64,000 bases of DNA, from positions 434,001 to 498,000 of the forward strand of contig CBFFSA010000007.1 in the NCBI GenBank assembly GCA_965644495.1, given 5' to 3'. This DNA is from Perkinsela sp. CCAP 1560/9 (lineage: Eukaryota > Protista > Euglenozoa: Kinetoplastea). Below are positions 23,105 through 33,768 of this stretch, piece after piece (positions within the stretch are counted from its first letter, which is position 1; each line of letters opens with the position of its first letter). Made by a program: the position numbers and the translations under genes. The notes below the pieces were generated by a model. The model made no database searches. It saw only the letters and a program-made list of their open reading frames with translations, and was not told the DNA's origin.

Positions 23105-24472
23105 ATGTCTTCCTACACTCTGGAGACATTTGCGGAGGAAGCCAATTTATTGCAAGAAGTCGATGTAAAGACACATGAAGGTGAGGAGCCGCACGACATC
23201 CAATTACTTTCAGAGAAGCAAAAGCAAGAAGTGAAATCCTTCCTCAGCCTGCAAACTAGCAAGCGCGACGACGATAATTGTTTAGTGATGTCAAACGCAC
23301 TCATAAGTGGATGTTTTAAAGCTTTGCGACCACTTCTTCCTTCTGAGGACATTGATGAGAAGGTAGAAGCACAGTTACGCAAACTTGGGTACAAGCATGA
23401 GAAATCAAGACATTGTAAAGATCTTTCCATTAATGTAGAAGAGGTTCAACCTTATGCCGAACGAATGAGAGGAATGCGAGAACAGACGAATTTAAGTTTG
23501 TTTCAAAAGCAACATGCGGCATATTTTTCAGAAATTCTATCCAGCGATTATGGAGTGAGCCACCGAGCTCATGTAAATTCCATCTACGGTCATCTATATC
23601 ATAAACACTTGCACGAGCGAGCTGGATCAAGAAAATTTAACGACACGAGCTCCACGAACCATATTATGGATCTCGAATTTTGGATTTACCGTCCTCTTGA
23701 TTACGGATACCCAAGCTCCAAGTTACTGATTCCAGCAGAAGCGCCACTATGTCATGTAACAAACATGCACTGTAACAATGCTGAACTACCACTGCCAATT
23801 ATTCAGAAAATGACTCGTACAAAAAGACTGGATGAACATGATATGGACAAGCATTGTGTTTTAGAAGAGCTTTGTGGGTGTGGGGTCGGGATTGATCCAA
23901 TAAAAATTGTGTTTCTCAGTGGCATATACTATACGTGTCCTTTTCCTCCAAGCTCAGCGTCCTATAAGTATATTCAAGAGGCAGAAAAGGCTTATGAAGC
24001 CCCTTCGGATGGCATTCCAAAGGCTCCACAGGAACTTCGAATACGGAGTCTGCACACACCGCTCTATGACGTTCCGATAACAATGCACACTAGAGGTTGT
24101 TATATTCATCTTGCAGGAACTTGTGAGCATACTTTTATGATAGTGGACGTCATCCGCCAGCGTTTGAATCGATCTCGCTCCGATGGTCTACCCGCTCATG
24201 GTACTGAATTCTTTCGTTCAAAGGCTCAACCTATACTGTGCGCCGCTTGTACCCAATTGCCCGCTGTAGTGGCCCATTATTTCGATATTCGCTTGCCGCA
24301 TCATCCGACCTTACTGTGTTATTTTTGTGATAGAGCTTATGAAGCAGCAACTCTCTCCCCTGTAGATATACAGGGCGATAGATTAAGTCCCAGCACTGTA
24401 TTGCGTTTACCTCCAGGAGAGTTCTTTGAAAAAACAGTGCAAAACTTTCCACTGGGAAACGTAAAAGTTTAG
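23105..24472 (+). CDS. SNAP50: snRNA-activating protein complex subunit SNAP50 (SNAPC3)
   Basis: C-terminal zinc finger YIHLAGTCEH...CAAC...D.RLP..P.LLCYFC matches the SNAP50 pattern. Confidence 0.8.
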   Translation: MSSYTLETFAEEANLLQEVDVKTHEGEEPHDIQLLSEKQKQEVKSFLSLQTSKRDDDNCLVMSNALISGCFKALRPLLPSEDIDEKVEAQLRKLGYKHEKSRHCKDLSINVEEVQPYAERMRGMREQTNLSLFQKQHAAYFSEILSSDYGVSHRAHVNSIYGHLYHKHLHERAGSRKFNDTSSTNHIMDLEFWIYRPLDYGYPSSKLLIPAEAPLCHVTNMHCNNAELPLPIIQKMTRTKRLDEHDMDKHCVLEELCGCGVGIDPIKIVFLSGIYYTCPFPPSSASYKYIQEAEKAYEAPSDGIPKAPQELRIRSLHTPLYDVPITMHTRGCYIHLAGTCEHTFMIVDVIRQRLNRSRSDGLPAHGTEFFRSKAQPILCAACTQLPAVVAHYFDIRLPHHPTLLCYFCDRAYEAATLSPVDIQGDRLSPSTVLRLPPGEFFEKTVQNFPLGNVKV

Positions 24473-24914
24473 GAAATTCATATAATATACTAATAAGGAA
24501 AGAACAGCTGCAACGTTTTTGACGTTCAAGAATACTAAACTGCTTTATTTTATTGAGATTTACCCGTATTTTATTGGGATTTATATGCTGCATAAAGCTT
24601 TTTAAACCCTATATACGAAAGCAATATAAGAATAGGAACCCTAGCATTTATGCTACAAACCAGGGAAGCTCTTGTGGTTCTTAGAAGCGTTATCGCGCCG
24701 CACGGCTATCACCTACCAGGCCAACACCAGAAGCATAGTCCGTACGAATACCCTCCGAAGTCGACCGAATAACTACAGCAAACATCGTATTCTATCCACC
24801 TACAGCATACATCGTATGCCATTATAATGTTCTTTGTCAGTTTCTATGTCTACCAGCTACTATCTTCATAGTCTATCATAGACTATATTTTTTTATGTAT
24901 TATACGTTGATTGC

Positions 24915-25343
24915 ATGCCTACTTTGCGTTACGCCGGCAAAAGCGGGATTTCCGGTTTCACAAATCTTATAGATGGGAGCTATGGACTACAAAAATCGTC
25001 TTTTCTGGTTATCTCAACTGCCATTGGATTTCGTGCTTCACATTTTGCGAAATGTCAAATTAGCACTTCCGTAACTGCCTTGAATCTTTTCGCTACTGCT
25101 CGACGCCATCACTGCCCGTCACGCTCGCGAAAGCCAATCGTGTGGCTTCGGCGAAAACCTTGGTTCAGTAGAAAGTGGAGCATTGAGGCTTCGATCCCTC
25201 GGAAAGGCCCACCAACGCGAACGTTTCCCGATGGCATTCCCATAGTGCGTATTCGCAAGTTCAAGGACTTTTCTGGTCGTGCGTGGAAAATCAATACAGG
25301 ACGCAGGAAACGCGTCCGCATACGTAGGAAAAGTAAAAAGTAG
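24915..25343 (+). CDS. Small very basic protein, possibly a mitochondrial ribosomal component
   Basis: 142 aa with an R/K-rich C-terminal half. The function is a guess. Confidence 0.55.
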   Translation: MPTLRYAGKSGISGFTNLIDGSYGLQKSSFLVISTAIGFRASHFAKCQISTSVTALNLFATARRHHCPSRSRKPIVWLRRKPWFSRKWSIEASIPRKGPPTRTFPDGIPIVRIRKFKDFSGRAWKINTGRRKRVRIRRKSKK

Positions 25344-25516
25344 TAAATCATCTCCTTGTAGCCCCATTGACATTTTATGACAAGCAAACAGGGATTTCGT
25401 ACCTGTTTTCTAGCCTTCAATGTTACACCTTTTCCTATGAAACACACCCTCCTTTTATTGCTCTCCTCTCATAAATCACCTTTTTTTCAACTCACCTTTC
25501 TAACCTCCCCCACCCC

Positions 25517-26095
25517 ATGGTAAAAGTAGCGGAGCGCCCCAAAGTGTTTGGCAAGTGGTCCACGGATGAGGTCAAAACCGCCGATCTCTCCCTGCAGGAT
25601 TACATCAACCTTCGCCCCATCTTCGTCCCCCACTCCGCGGGGCGGTGGAACAAGAAGCGGTTCCGCAAGGCGCAGTGCCCCATTCTCGAGCGTCTCACCA
25701 ACTCCATGATGTTCACCCACTACAACAACGGCAACAAGCTGCGCGCGGTGAACATTGTCAAAAACACGCTGGACATCATCCACCTGGTGACGGATGAGAA
25801 CCCGGTGCAGGTGGTGGTGAATGCGGTGTCGAATGCGGGCCCCCGGGAGGACAGCACGCGGGTGGGGACCGCGGGGATTGTGCGGCGCCAGGCCGTCGAT
25901 GTCGCCCCGATGCGCCGCGTGAACGAGGCGATCTACCTGATGTGTAAAGGGGCGCGTGAGGCGAGCTTCCGGACGATAAAATCCGTCGCGGAGTGCCTCG
26001 CGGATGAGTTGGTGAATGCCGCAAAAGGGTCGTCGAACTCGTACGCGATCAAGAAGAAGGATGAGATTGAGCGTGTGGCGAAGGCGAACCGTTAA
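25517..26095 (+). CDS. RPS5: 40S ribosomal protein S5 (uS7)
   Basis: [29 protein letters not shown] and [21 protein letters not shown]. Confidence 0.98.
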   Translation: MVKVAERPKVFGKWSTDEVKTADLSLQDYINLRPIFVPHSAGRWNKKRFRKAQCPILERLTNSMMFTHYNNGNKLRAVNIVKNTLDIIHLVTDENPVQVVVNAVSNAGPREDSTRVGTAGIVRRQAVDVAPMRRVNEAIYLMCKGAREASFRTIKSVAECLADELVNAAKGSSNSYAIKKKDEIERVAKANR

Positions 26096-26372
26096 AAAAT
26101 GGAGTGTTGGGGAAACAAGGGAAAGTTTTTGAGGGAGAAGCGTGAAGCGGTGTCAATAAGTAATGTGGTTTGTTGTGTGTGATTTCAAGATATGGAAGTA
26201 GATTGCTTTTGTATTTCATGTGTTACGTTTTGATTCATTGTAAAATAGATTAAGCGCCAAATACTATCTAGTTCTTCAATTAATTTATTACTGAACTCCT
26301 ATATGAGTATATTTTATTGGTGGAAGTTCACGTGGATAGTAAGCATATTGGATTAGTCTGTTTAGGAAACCC

Positions 26373-26966
26373 ATGTCAGGCACAGCGTCTTATCAAGAGT
26401 ATGAGAGAGAATCAGGTTACGTTGAATTGCCTCCGGCGTTGCTTGTCTTCCTTGAAAGCAAGTCCTATTCACGCTTAGCAATGACTTGGAGCGTTGTATT
26501 TAGCATATACTTTATAACACATATCATGGGTTACAGCGCAATTCTTCTTTTATGCCGCTTAATACAGGGATTACTTCTGGCTCTACTCACAGCAAAGCTA
26601 TTAGGCCATAGTATTCACTACTCGGAAGCATTTCTTCGTGAACATACACGGCGACTGCTCCGAAAAGTGGAAACAGTAATTGTCAAGCAGCTGGGCTCCG
26701 AACGTGCATGCTCTGTTGCGCGGGGAGAGAATATGACGGATTGGTTTTCTGCGTTTTTTACCGTTACTGGAATAGGTTTTCTTGCTGTCTGGTTCGCGAC
26801 TCCTACCGTTCTCTTCTTAGCATCGTCTTTTGCACTAGTCTATGAAGAAAAGCGCGATCTTTTACAACCGTTTGTGACGCAAATACGGACATGGACTCAC
26901 GACACAATCGGAAGAGCTACAAAGGTTCTTCCTTCCGCTCACAAAATGAAAAAGAAAAAGCATTAG
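26373..26966 (+). CDS. Reticulon-domain protein
   Basis: Two long hydrophobic hairpins, LVYE after the second, and a basic C-terminal KKKKH (ER-retrieval-like). Confidence 0.65.
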   Translation: MSGTASYQEYERESGYVELPPALLVFLESKSYSRLAMTWSVVFSIYFITHIMGYSAILLLCRLIQGLLLALLTAKLLGHSIHYSEAFLREHTRRLLRKVETVIVKQLGSERACSVARGENMTDWFSAFFTVTGIGFLAVWFATPTVLFLASSFALVYEEKRDLLQPFVTQIRTWTHDTIGRATKVLPSAHKMKKKKH

Positions 26967-27583
26967 GTGGGATTGACGGTAGGTAGCAGTGCAACGGGAA
27001 TGTTGTTGGTATTATGTACTTTTCGCTGACACTGTGGTTATAGCGCTGACACTATTATAACTGTGGTTATAACGCTGGCACTGTGGTTATATACATATTG
27101 CATATCGGAATCAAGCACGTTTGGTGTTCGTTCCCTTTAAAATTAGATCGAGTTTGTTCGTAAGGTTAATATTGCTCAAGTAGATAGAACTGAATTAGGA
27201 GTTGTTGTGTAAGCCTATGTAGTTAATTTGTTTATAGCAGCTTGATTGAATTCGTTGCTGGGCGAATAGTGCGATACGAATCTTGTATTCGTATTTTGTG
27301 CAACGGACAATGCATTTTTTTAGTTTGAAGCTTTCGTCGATGAATCTGCAACATTCATTATTTTTACAGCGGACTACAGCTTTAGCACATGCAAATATTG
27401 TGCATCTTGTTAATAATTTTTTTGGCGAGTGTGGTCGATATTTTTTATGGAAACATGTGAAATGCAACACACTTCATTATAGTAACAACACTGAATGCAA
27501 CAATTCGTTACTTTTGAATCAGCCACTTGGAAAGTGCAGATAGCTTGCAAAGATGTGACTTTTCATTTTACGTATATTCACAC

Positions 27584-28558
27584 ATGGGTGATGCATCCAC
27601 CGGCTTCGTTCGAGAGAAGCTTCTGTTTTCTGAATCTTATCGTCAATGGTTGTTGCAGTGCTTTGGTCATAAGCAAAAGACTGATAGCAAATACAGCGCT
27701 GTTGAACGGAGGTGTGAATGTCAAAAATGCGGTCGGCGGCGCTCGCTTTACTGCTACGATTGTCTCGTGCCTACGAGTCGTCTGCGAAACATAATGCCTT
27801 CCGACGGCACCCCGCTACCTTTGAAGATTCATCTTGTTTTGCACCCTCAAGAAAAAAGAAGCAAGGCTACTTCGTTGCAATGCCCCATTTTATGTCGCCC
27901 GGAGGATGTCACGCTTCAGGTTTATCCGAGGCTGCCACCATGTGTGTACGATGATCCTGACAGAACACTCCTAGTTTACCCTACCCCAACGGCCCGTTCG
28001 CTAAATGCTATTTATGATCTTGGTCGCTTTAAGCATGCGGTCTTCATTGACAGCACATGGAAGCAAAGCGGTAGCATACTACGAGAAGCTACTGTGCTGC
28101 ATGAACTACCTCACCAAGTGTACTTACAGCAATACAACACAAAATTTTGGCGTTTTCAGGACAAAGGGGAAACATTTCTTGCTACAATTGAAGCCATATA
28201 CTATTTTTTAAGAGAATATCACACTATTCGAATGCTATCACCGTGGAGTAGCGCTCTAGAAAACCATTATTATGATGGTCGCTATGATGATCTTTTGGTG
28301 TTGTTTGTTCACCAATATTGCAAAATACAGTTTCATTATCGAATGCCTGGCGTGAAACGTACTTTTACTCGACGTCATCGGTTGGGTGACTCCTACATTC
28401 AAATGTCAAATGATATTTTTGATAGTGAAGAGGATTTCAATAGAAAGAGTTTTAAGCCGTCTGTAGGAATGAAAATACGAATTGGTTTCCTATGTAAAAA
28501 CTTAAAAACGTTTTACAAATATTGCTTCACCTGCCATACCCTTCGTATTAAACAATAA
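27584..28558 (+). CDS. DTWD1: DTW-domain tRNA-uridine aminocarboxypropyltransferase (DTWD1-like)
   Basis: CxxC...YCYDC, HPQE..SKAT, FIDSTW, TKFWRFQ and LATIEAIYYF. Confidence 0.88.
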   Translation: MGDASTGFVREKLLFSESYRQWLLQCFGHKQKTDSKYSAVERRCECQKCGRRRSLYCYDCLVPTSRLRNIMPSDGTPLPLKIHLVLHPQEKRSKATSLQCPILCRPEDVTLQVYPRLPPCVYDDPDRTLLVYPTPTARSLNAIYDLGRFKHAVFIDSTWKQSGSILREATVLHELPHQVYLQQYNTKFWRFQDKGETFLATIEAIYYFLREYHTIRMLSPWSSALENHYYDGRYDDLLVLFVHQYCKIQFHYRMPGVKRTFTRRHRLGDSYIQMSNDIFDSEEDFNRKSFKPSVGMKIRIGFLCKNLKTFYKYCFTCHTLRIKQ

Positions 28559-28835
28559 AAATTAGAAGACTTTAGCCAACTTTTTGCGCATCCCATATGT
28601 AGTATTATTTTTTTTCGTCTAAAGGTCAGCCAAGACCATGGTTTACGTCCGTTTTGCGTTCCGTTTCTCCGGTGATAATCAGTCCGGGTTACCTTTTTAG
28701 CTACATGTACACATTCATTCCTCCCAGGAATTGTCTATGAGTCAAAAAAATCAGTAAGGATACAACTCCAGCTAATTTTTATAGAATTGTATTTATATTG
28801 TGGGCGTTTTGTGGCAGCCTCTTTTATAGTGCGGT

Positions 28836-30011
28836 ATGAAACGTTTAACCGAAGTATTCCTTCAACAAAACTACCTTTTGCAAGTCGCTTTGCGAAGCGC
28901 ACACCTTCCGGGAAAGTCTAGAAAGGTTGACTTCCACGACGTCAACGAGATCAAGGGGTACACATCAGCATTTATGGCGAATAAAAACAGTGTTGCGATC
29001 GACGGCGAAGTATGGCATGAGGCCATCACGATTGATTATCGACGTGGCATCGCTCTACTAGACCAGGGAGATGTTCTAAGTGCGAGACAAGCTTTTCTGG
29101 AACAATCGCGCGTAAATGATAACATGGCAAAAAACATTTGGAAGTGCGATACGCCCCACGAGGGACAATTGTCAACAATGTTTCATATCACGCGTCACTG
29201 CTGGAATTTTATATATCGCATTGAGAGTAAACTTAACGAAACCTTCTTTAATCTTCCTGATGAAATTGAAGCTGCGGAGCCTCATTTTGCTCTAGTTTAT
29301 CATGGAATCGTACGCTACACAATGTTGCATTGGCCAAGATTACTCAATATTTGGCGTCGAATTCGAGAGCTTGGAAATAGAAGATTGCTACTTCCCCAAA
29401 ATTCAAAGATAGACAAGTTCTGCATTGTCGACGCTGGTGTAGCCGCGGGTGGAAGCACAGTTTTAATGGCAGTGGCTTCACATCTTTATTTGGGTAAGTG
29501 GGAAGATCTGAAAGGTGTCCCTCCAAAGGTTTTGGCATTTGACACTTTTAGGGGAATGCCTCCTGTTGGAAATATGGACTACCGTTGCTTCGACAAGGCA
29601 ACTGCGCAGTCGTTGGGCTGGGGTGAGGGTACTTGCTCTTCTGGGGGGTCGACGGAGATTGTTACGAAACTTGCTACTCAATACAATGTGAACTACCTTG
29701 TGGATTGCATTTCTGGGGATTTTAGTGATACATTACCTGCGTATTTCACTTCTGCCTCGGAGCCTCGTAACGTTATCTTCGCTCATCTGGACAGTGACTG
29801 GTACGACAGTACAAGACTGGCCTTGCGGTACGTCTACCCTGCTGTCATTAACAATGTGGGGGAAGCACAAATCGACGACTACAACTATTGGAATGGAAGC
29901 AGAAGAGCCGTTGATGAATACTTCGCCCTGTCAACTAAGAATTACAACAACAATATTCTCAAGAAAGTGCCGTACGATGATAACGCACGTTGGATCACCA
30001 AACAAAAGTAA
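28836..30011 (+). CDS. TylF/MycF/NovP-family O-methyltransferase
   Basis: GVAAGGS, FDTFRGMP, GDFSDTLP, HLDSDWYDST and IDDYNYWNGSRRAVDEY. Confidence 0.85.
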   Translation: MKRLTEVFLQQNYLLQVALRSAHLPGKSRKVDFHDVNEIKGYTSAFMANKNSVAIDGEVWHEAITIDYRRGIALLDQGDVLSARQAFLEQSRVNDNMAKNIWKCDTPHEGQLSTMFHITRHCWNFIYRIESKLNETFFNLPDEIEAAEPHFALVYHGIVRYTMLHWPRLLNIWRRIRELGNRRLLLPQNSKIDKFCIVDAGVAAGGSTVLMAVASHLYLGKWEDLKGVPPKVLAFDTFRGMPPVGNMDYRCFDKATAQSLGWGEGTCSSGGSTEIVTKLATQYNVNYLVDCISGDFSDTLPAYFTSASEPRNVIFAHLDSDWYDSTRLALRYVYPAVINNVGEAQIDDYNYWNGSRRAVDEYFALSTKNYNNNILKKVPYDDNARWITKQK

Positions 30012-30669
30012 TCAGTCTACGCAAAAGTAAACAACTGAAATCGTCTACTACTCAGAGGGTTGAAACCTGTCCTGTTTTCTTAGGTTTTGCCAGGACGCTT
30101 GGTAATTGCTCTAGTTTTATTTTTTTTCTTCTCTCTTTCTTCTGATGAAATTTTGCGTATTCCAAAATGCATGCGGATTTTTATTGTGCTGCGGGTTATT
30201 ATTCCGAAACAGCGCGAAACACCGCGAAACAGCGCTTTACGTCATACGCAGCCCCTCATGTAAAAGGCAAACGTTACACGACTGATAGTTCATATCCCAC
30301 ACAACATAACCAGTCAGAATAAACAGACATTATTTTAGTCGCTTCGCTACTAACGGTTAAACGCGCTGGTTGTTTTCAACTTAGAAGTCACTCAGGTGAA
30401 AGTCAAGCCTTATTTCGCAAAAAGAGGAATTTTTTCTATGTGGTCATTCGGTCATACTTCCAAAGTATTTCTTATGATAATTTTCGCATATAGTGTACCC
30501 CCCCTAGTTATCTGTCAACCCCCCACTCACCCCCTAGTTATCTGTCGCTTTTCGCCCATTCGATATTTTGTTTCGTCGACCCCCCTAGTTATCTGTCGCC
30601 ATTTTTCAAAAAAATGAAAAATCTAAAACATAATACATACTATGTTGTTCTGAGAACTGTTCTTTGTTC

Positions 30670-31143
30670 TCAGAACACCGAGAACACCATTCTATGAACC
30701 CAGTTTACTTGAAAGGTTTCGATGAGCTTTGAAAAATAAATCATCCAGCGAGCCGTTGTTGCATCGACTGCAGCGTAGAAAATACGCTTCCTATGGGCGG
30801 ATCTGGAGAACATGATCCAGTCCCAGTGATTTTTATTACCAGAAAGCAGGCGACGCATGCCATCCTGTATGAACGACCGACATGCGAAAGCTTCATCCGA
30901 GTCATTAATTTCACCGAGAAGACTTTGTTGCTTCGAAATGTGACTTGTTGCTAGTTCCAATATGTCGTATTCATGTCGCAAGTAACCGGCGAATTGATAC
31001 TGTTTTCTTACAGAGACAATATCAACACGATTGGCCGCAAGTGCCCAATTATCAGCGATACACAGAGTACTATCAGTGAGGTGGCAGTGTCTGTCAGGGA
31101 AGACACAATCACATTTGGTGACCATAAGTAATCTCTTCTCCAA
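30670..31143 (-). pseudogene. Fragment resembling the C-terminal (ExoIII) part of a DnaQ/WRN-type 3'-5' exonuclease
   Basis: DW....RIFYAAVDA motif. No ATG start; the upstream part is cut off by the retroelement 3' end. Confidence 0.35.
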
Positions 31144-32680
31144 GCTAGCATTGTTGGCTCCTCAAGTTTGATGTTCATGCGTTCGTTGGCGCAGAGATAC
31201 AGCCCTTGATGCGACAGCCGATATCATCGGCTCAATCCGTAATGACGGATGTCGCACCAAGTATATTAATCATGCAGTTGTACTGCAGAGATTAGCCCTG
31301 GACAAGTGAGCACGCCCAAAACGTGCTGCTTGTTCGGGTTTGCCGTTTCACTGAAAGCTGTGCACCTCCCACGTAGGGTTCTCGCGGTGCTGATATATTA
31401 CGAAGCTTCCCCTGATAGCGCGCTGGGCCATTGTTTCCCTACATTCGGAGGCAAGGCTCTTGTCTCCTCCGAAAAGAGAGTTCAACGCGCGAGTGGTGGA
31501 GTTAAGCTTTCCTCTTGCACCCACCTCAAAAACCAGTAAAAATGTAGATGGATTGATCAGCTTTCTCTGATTATAGATAAACGAATACTTTTGAACCTTC
31601 CGCTCATGAGCATCAGCAAAGTTTTCTTCCCATGGTGAGGTCAACTCGATGATGAATTCCGCCCCATTGTGCAACTTTAACCACCCGTCTGGTCTCAATT
31701 CAGTTTCTTGCGAGAGCCAGGCGGGAGGGTTTCTGTATTGTTGCAAGTCGAAGTGTAAGTGGGCCGTGTGGGGAGATGAGGACATGGCTTCCGCGAGTGT
31801 CGAAAGGGTGAGGTCGTGCCGGTAGTTGTATCTCCCTTGGCTTAGAGCTACCGAGCATCCCGTTAATATATGACGTGGTGTCTGCATGGCTTCTCGGCAA
31901 ATTGGGCACTTTGCATCCGTGTGGGTGGATATACCCCATCGACGGAGGGACGCACGGGTCGGTAGAGGGGTTTGAGTCAATACGGATGCCGCGAAACGCG
32001 AGAGAGAAGGGCTCTTGATATTGCATAGGGCAGACGCAAACTCTTTTGCTAACTCGCCTTCAGTGGCCATTTGAAACCATTGGCAGGCGATCGTAGTTCG
32101 TCGCTGCACAGACGCGGCGAGGAAACGCTCGTACTCGTCATTTACTGTCTGCCGTAACCGTCTTGGGCCGTCACGATTCTCGTAGAGCTGAACAGCTGGG
32201 CGGATGCGTCCGGATGATCTCCTGTTTTGCTCGGTGGCAATCCTCTGTCTCAAAGCTTGCAAAACGGCGGGGTCGCGCGATCGATTCATTTGGGAAATAG
32301 CTGACGCAGTGCACTGCAGCCACAGCTTCGTTATACTGGTTATGCTCCATCCGCGTTCTGAGTAAATGAGCTCGCTTGTGGCGGTTTTCGCAATATTGAG
32401 CCACTTCCGTATACGTGTTGTCACTAGTTTTTGTAGACGGAGAACGAAGTTAAAGGTTAATCCAGGATTTACTGTGAGAACATAGCGCAGTCTGGAAATA
32501 ATAGCATTATTATAAATATATATGGTTATATCCACAGTCGTGCTGGTTGTTCGTGCGCACTTTCCGATATGTTATCCAACCACGTTCTCAATTTCGAGCG
32601 CAGAGATGAAAATAGAGTTTTGCCTTGCTGTGCTCCGGGTGCGAGAGTCATCCCCAAGAAGCAGCTACCCTTATCACATG

Positions 32681-33471
32681 CAGTAGTGTTCAGCCTCTTT
32701 TACCCCCCCCTACAGGTCTTGTAATTTGTCCGATTTTGGAAATATTTTGTATGGGACTGTTTTTTGACCCAATCGTTCCGAATCCGAGGTCCTTTTCACT
32801 CGTGGACACCTGTATCATACCTAAACCGGAAAAAAACTGCAAAAAAAAGTCGATGTTTTTTTCACAGTGCATTTTTTTAAAATTGGTACATTTATTTGTG
32901 ATTCATGACGAAGAGGCACCGCCCCCTGTGTTTACCTTCCTCCCGCGTGCGCCCCGAAATGCGCACGGCACTCGCAATCGATTACGAGCGACTTAAGTCC
33001 TATAAGGCAGTCGCAAAACTCCAGCGATGTCTCGCCGCGTAAAGGATGTGCTGAAACCCCGAAACAGGACTCAACTTCGGGAGTCCATCATTGAACGTTT
33101 CGTTTTTTTCCGAAGATCAACCGGAAACGTTTAAGAATATCTTCCGGAACTATCGTAAACATTTACTTTTGGTCAAGGAGGCCAAAGGGCATATGACTAA
33201 ATACTAGAGATTACTTTGTACTCTTTTTCCACGTCTTCTGACCTACTTTACTACTCATATTCATCCGGAAAATTCGAAAAAATGCCCCGAAAAAAGTCGC
33301 AATTAGCTTTTTTGACCCCTACCTGGCTAGGGGGGGGTAGGGGGTCGCTCGAGTGAAAAGGACCTCGGATTCGGAACGATTGGGTCGAAAAACGGTGTTA
33401 TACCAAATATTTCCAAAATTGGACAAAATACAAGACCTGTAGGGAGGGGTAAAAGAGGCTAAACACCACTG
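32681..33471. mobile_element. MITE family A copy inserted in the retroelement RT
   Basis: TIRs match 4004-4750. Removing the element and one target-site dinucleotide restores the RT frame IPHI-CDKGSCFLG. One TA flank is mutated to TG. Confidence 0.9.
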
Positions 33472-33768
33472 TATGTGAGGAATCGGTTGTCCACAAGCCA
33501 TAATACGGGGGCGATGGGTCATATATCCTCCCTCATGTACTGCCATGTGTTGCGTCCGACATTTCTTGACATTTAGCTGAAGACCCATGATGCCTAATGC
33601 CTTTATCAGGGCATTTGTTACTTGTTGCATTTCTCCTGGGGTATTGGTCATAATTGTTACATCGTCTGCGAATGCTTTGAGGAAAGATTGAGTGTCATTC
33701 CACACTATGCCAAGTAGTTTTATCATGCACTTATAGTGCAGAGATTTACTCATCATGTCCTTATCCCG

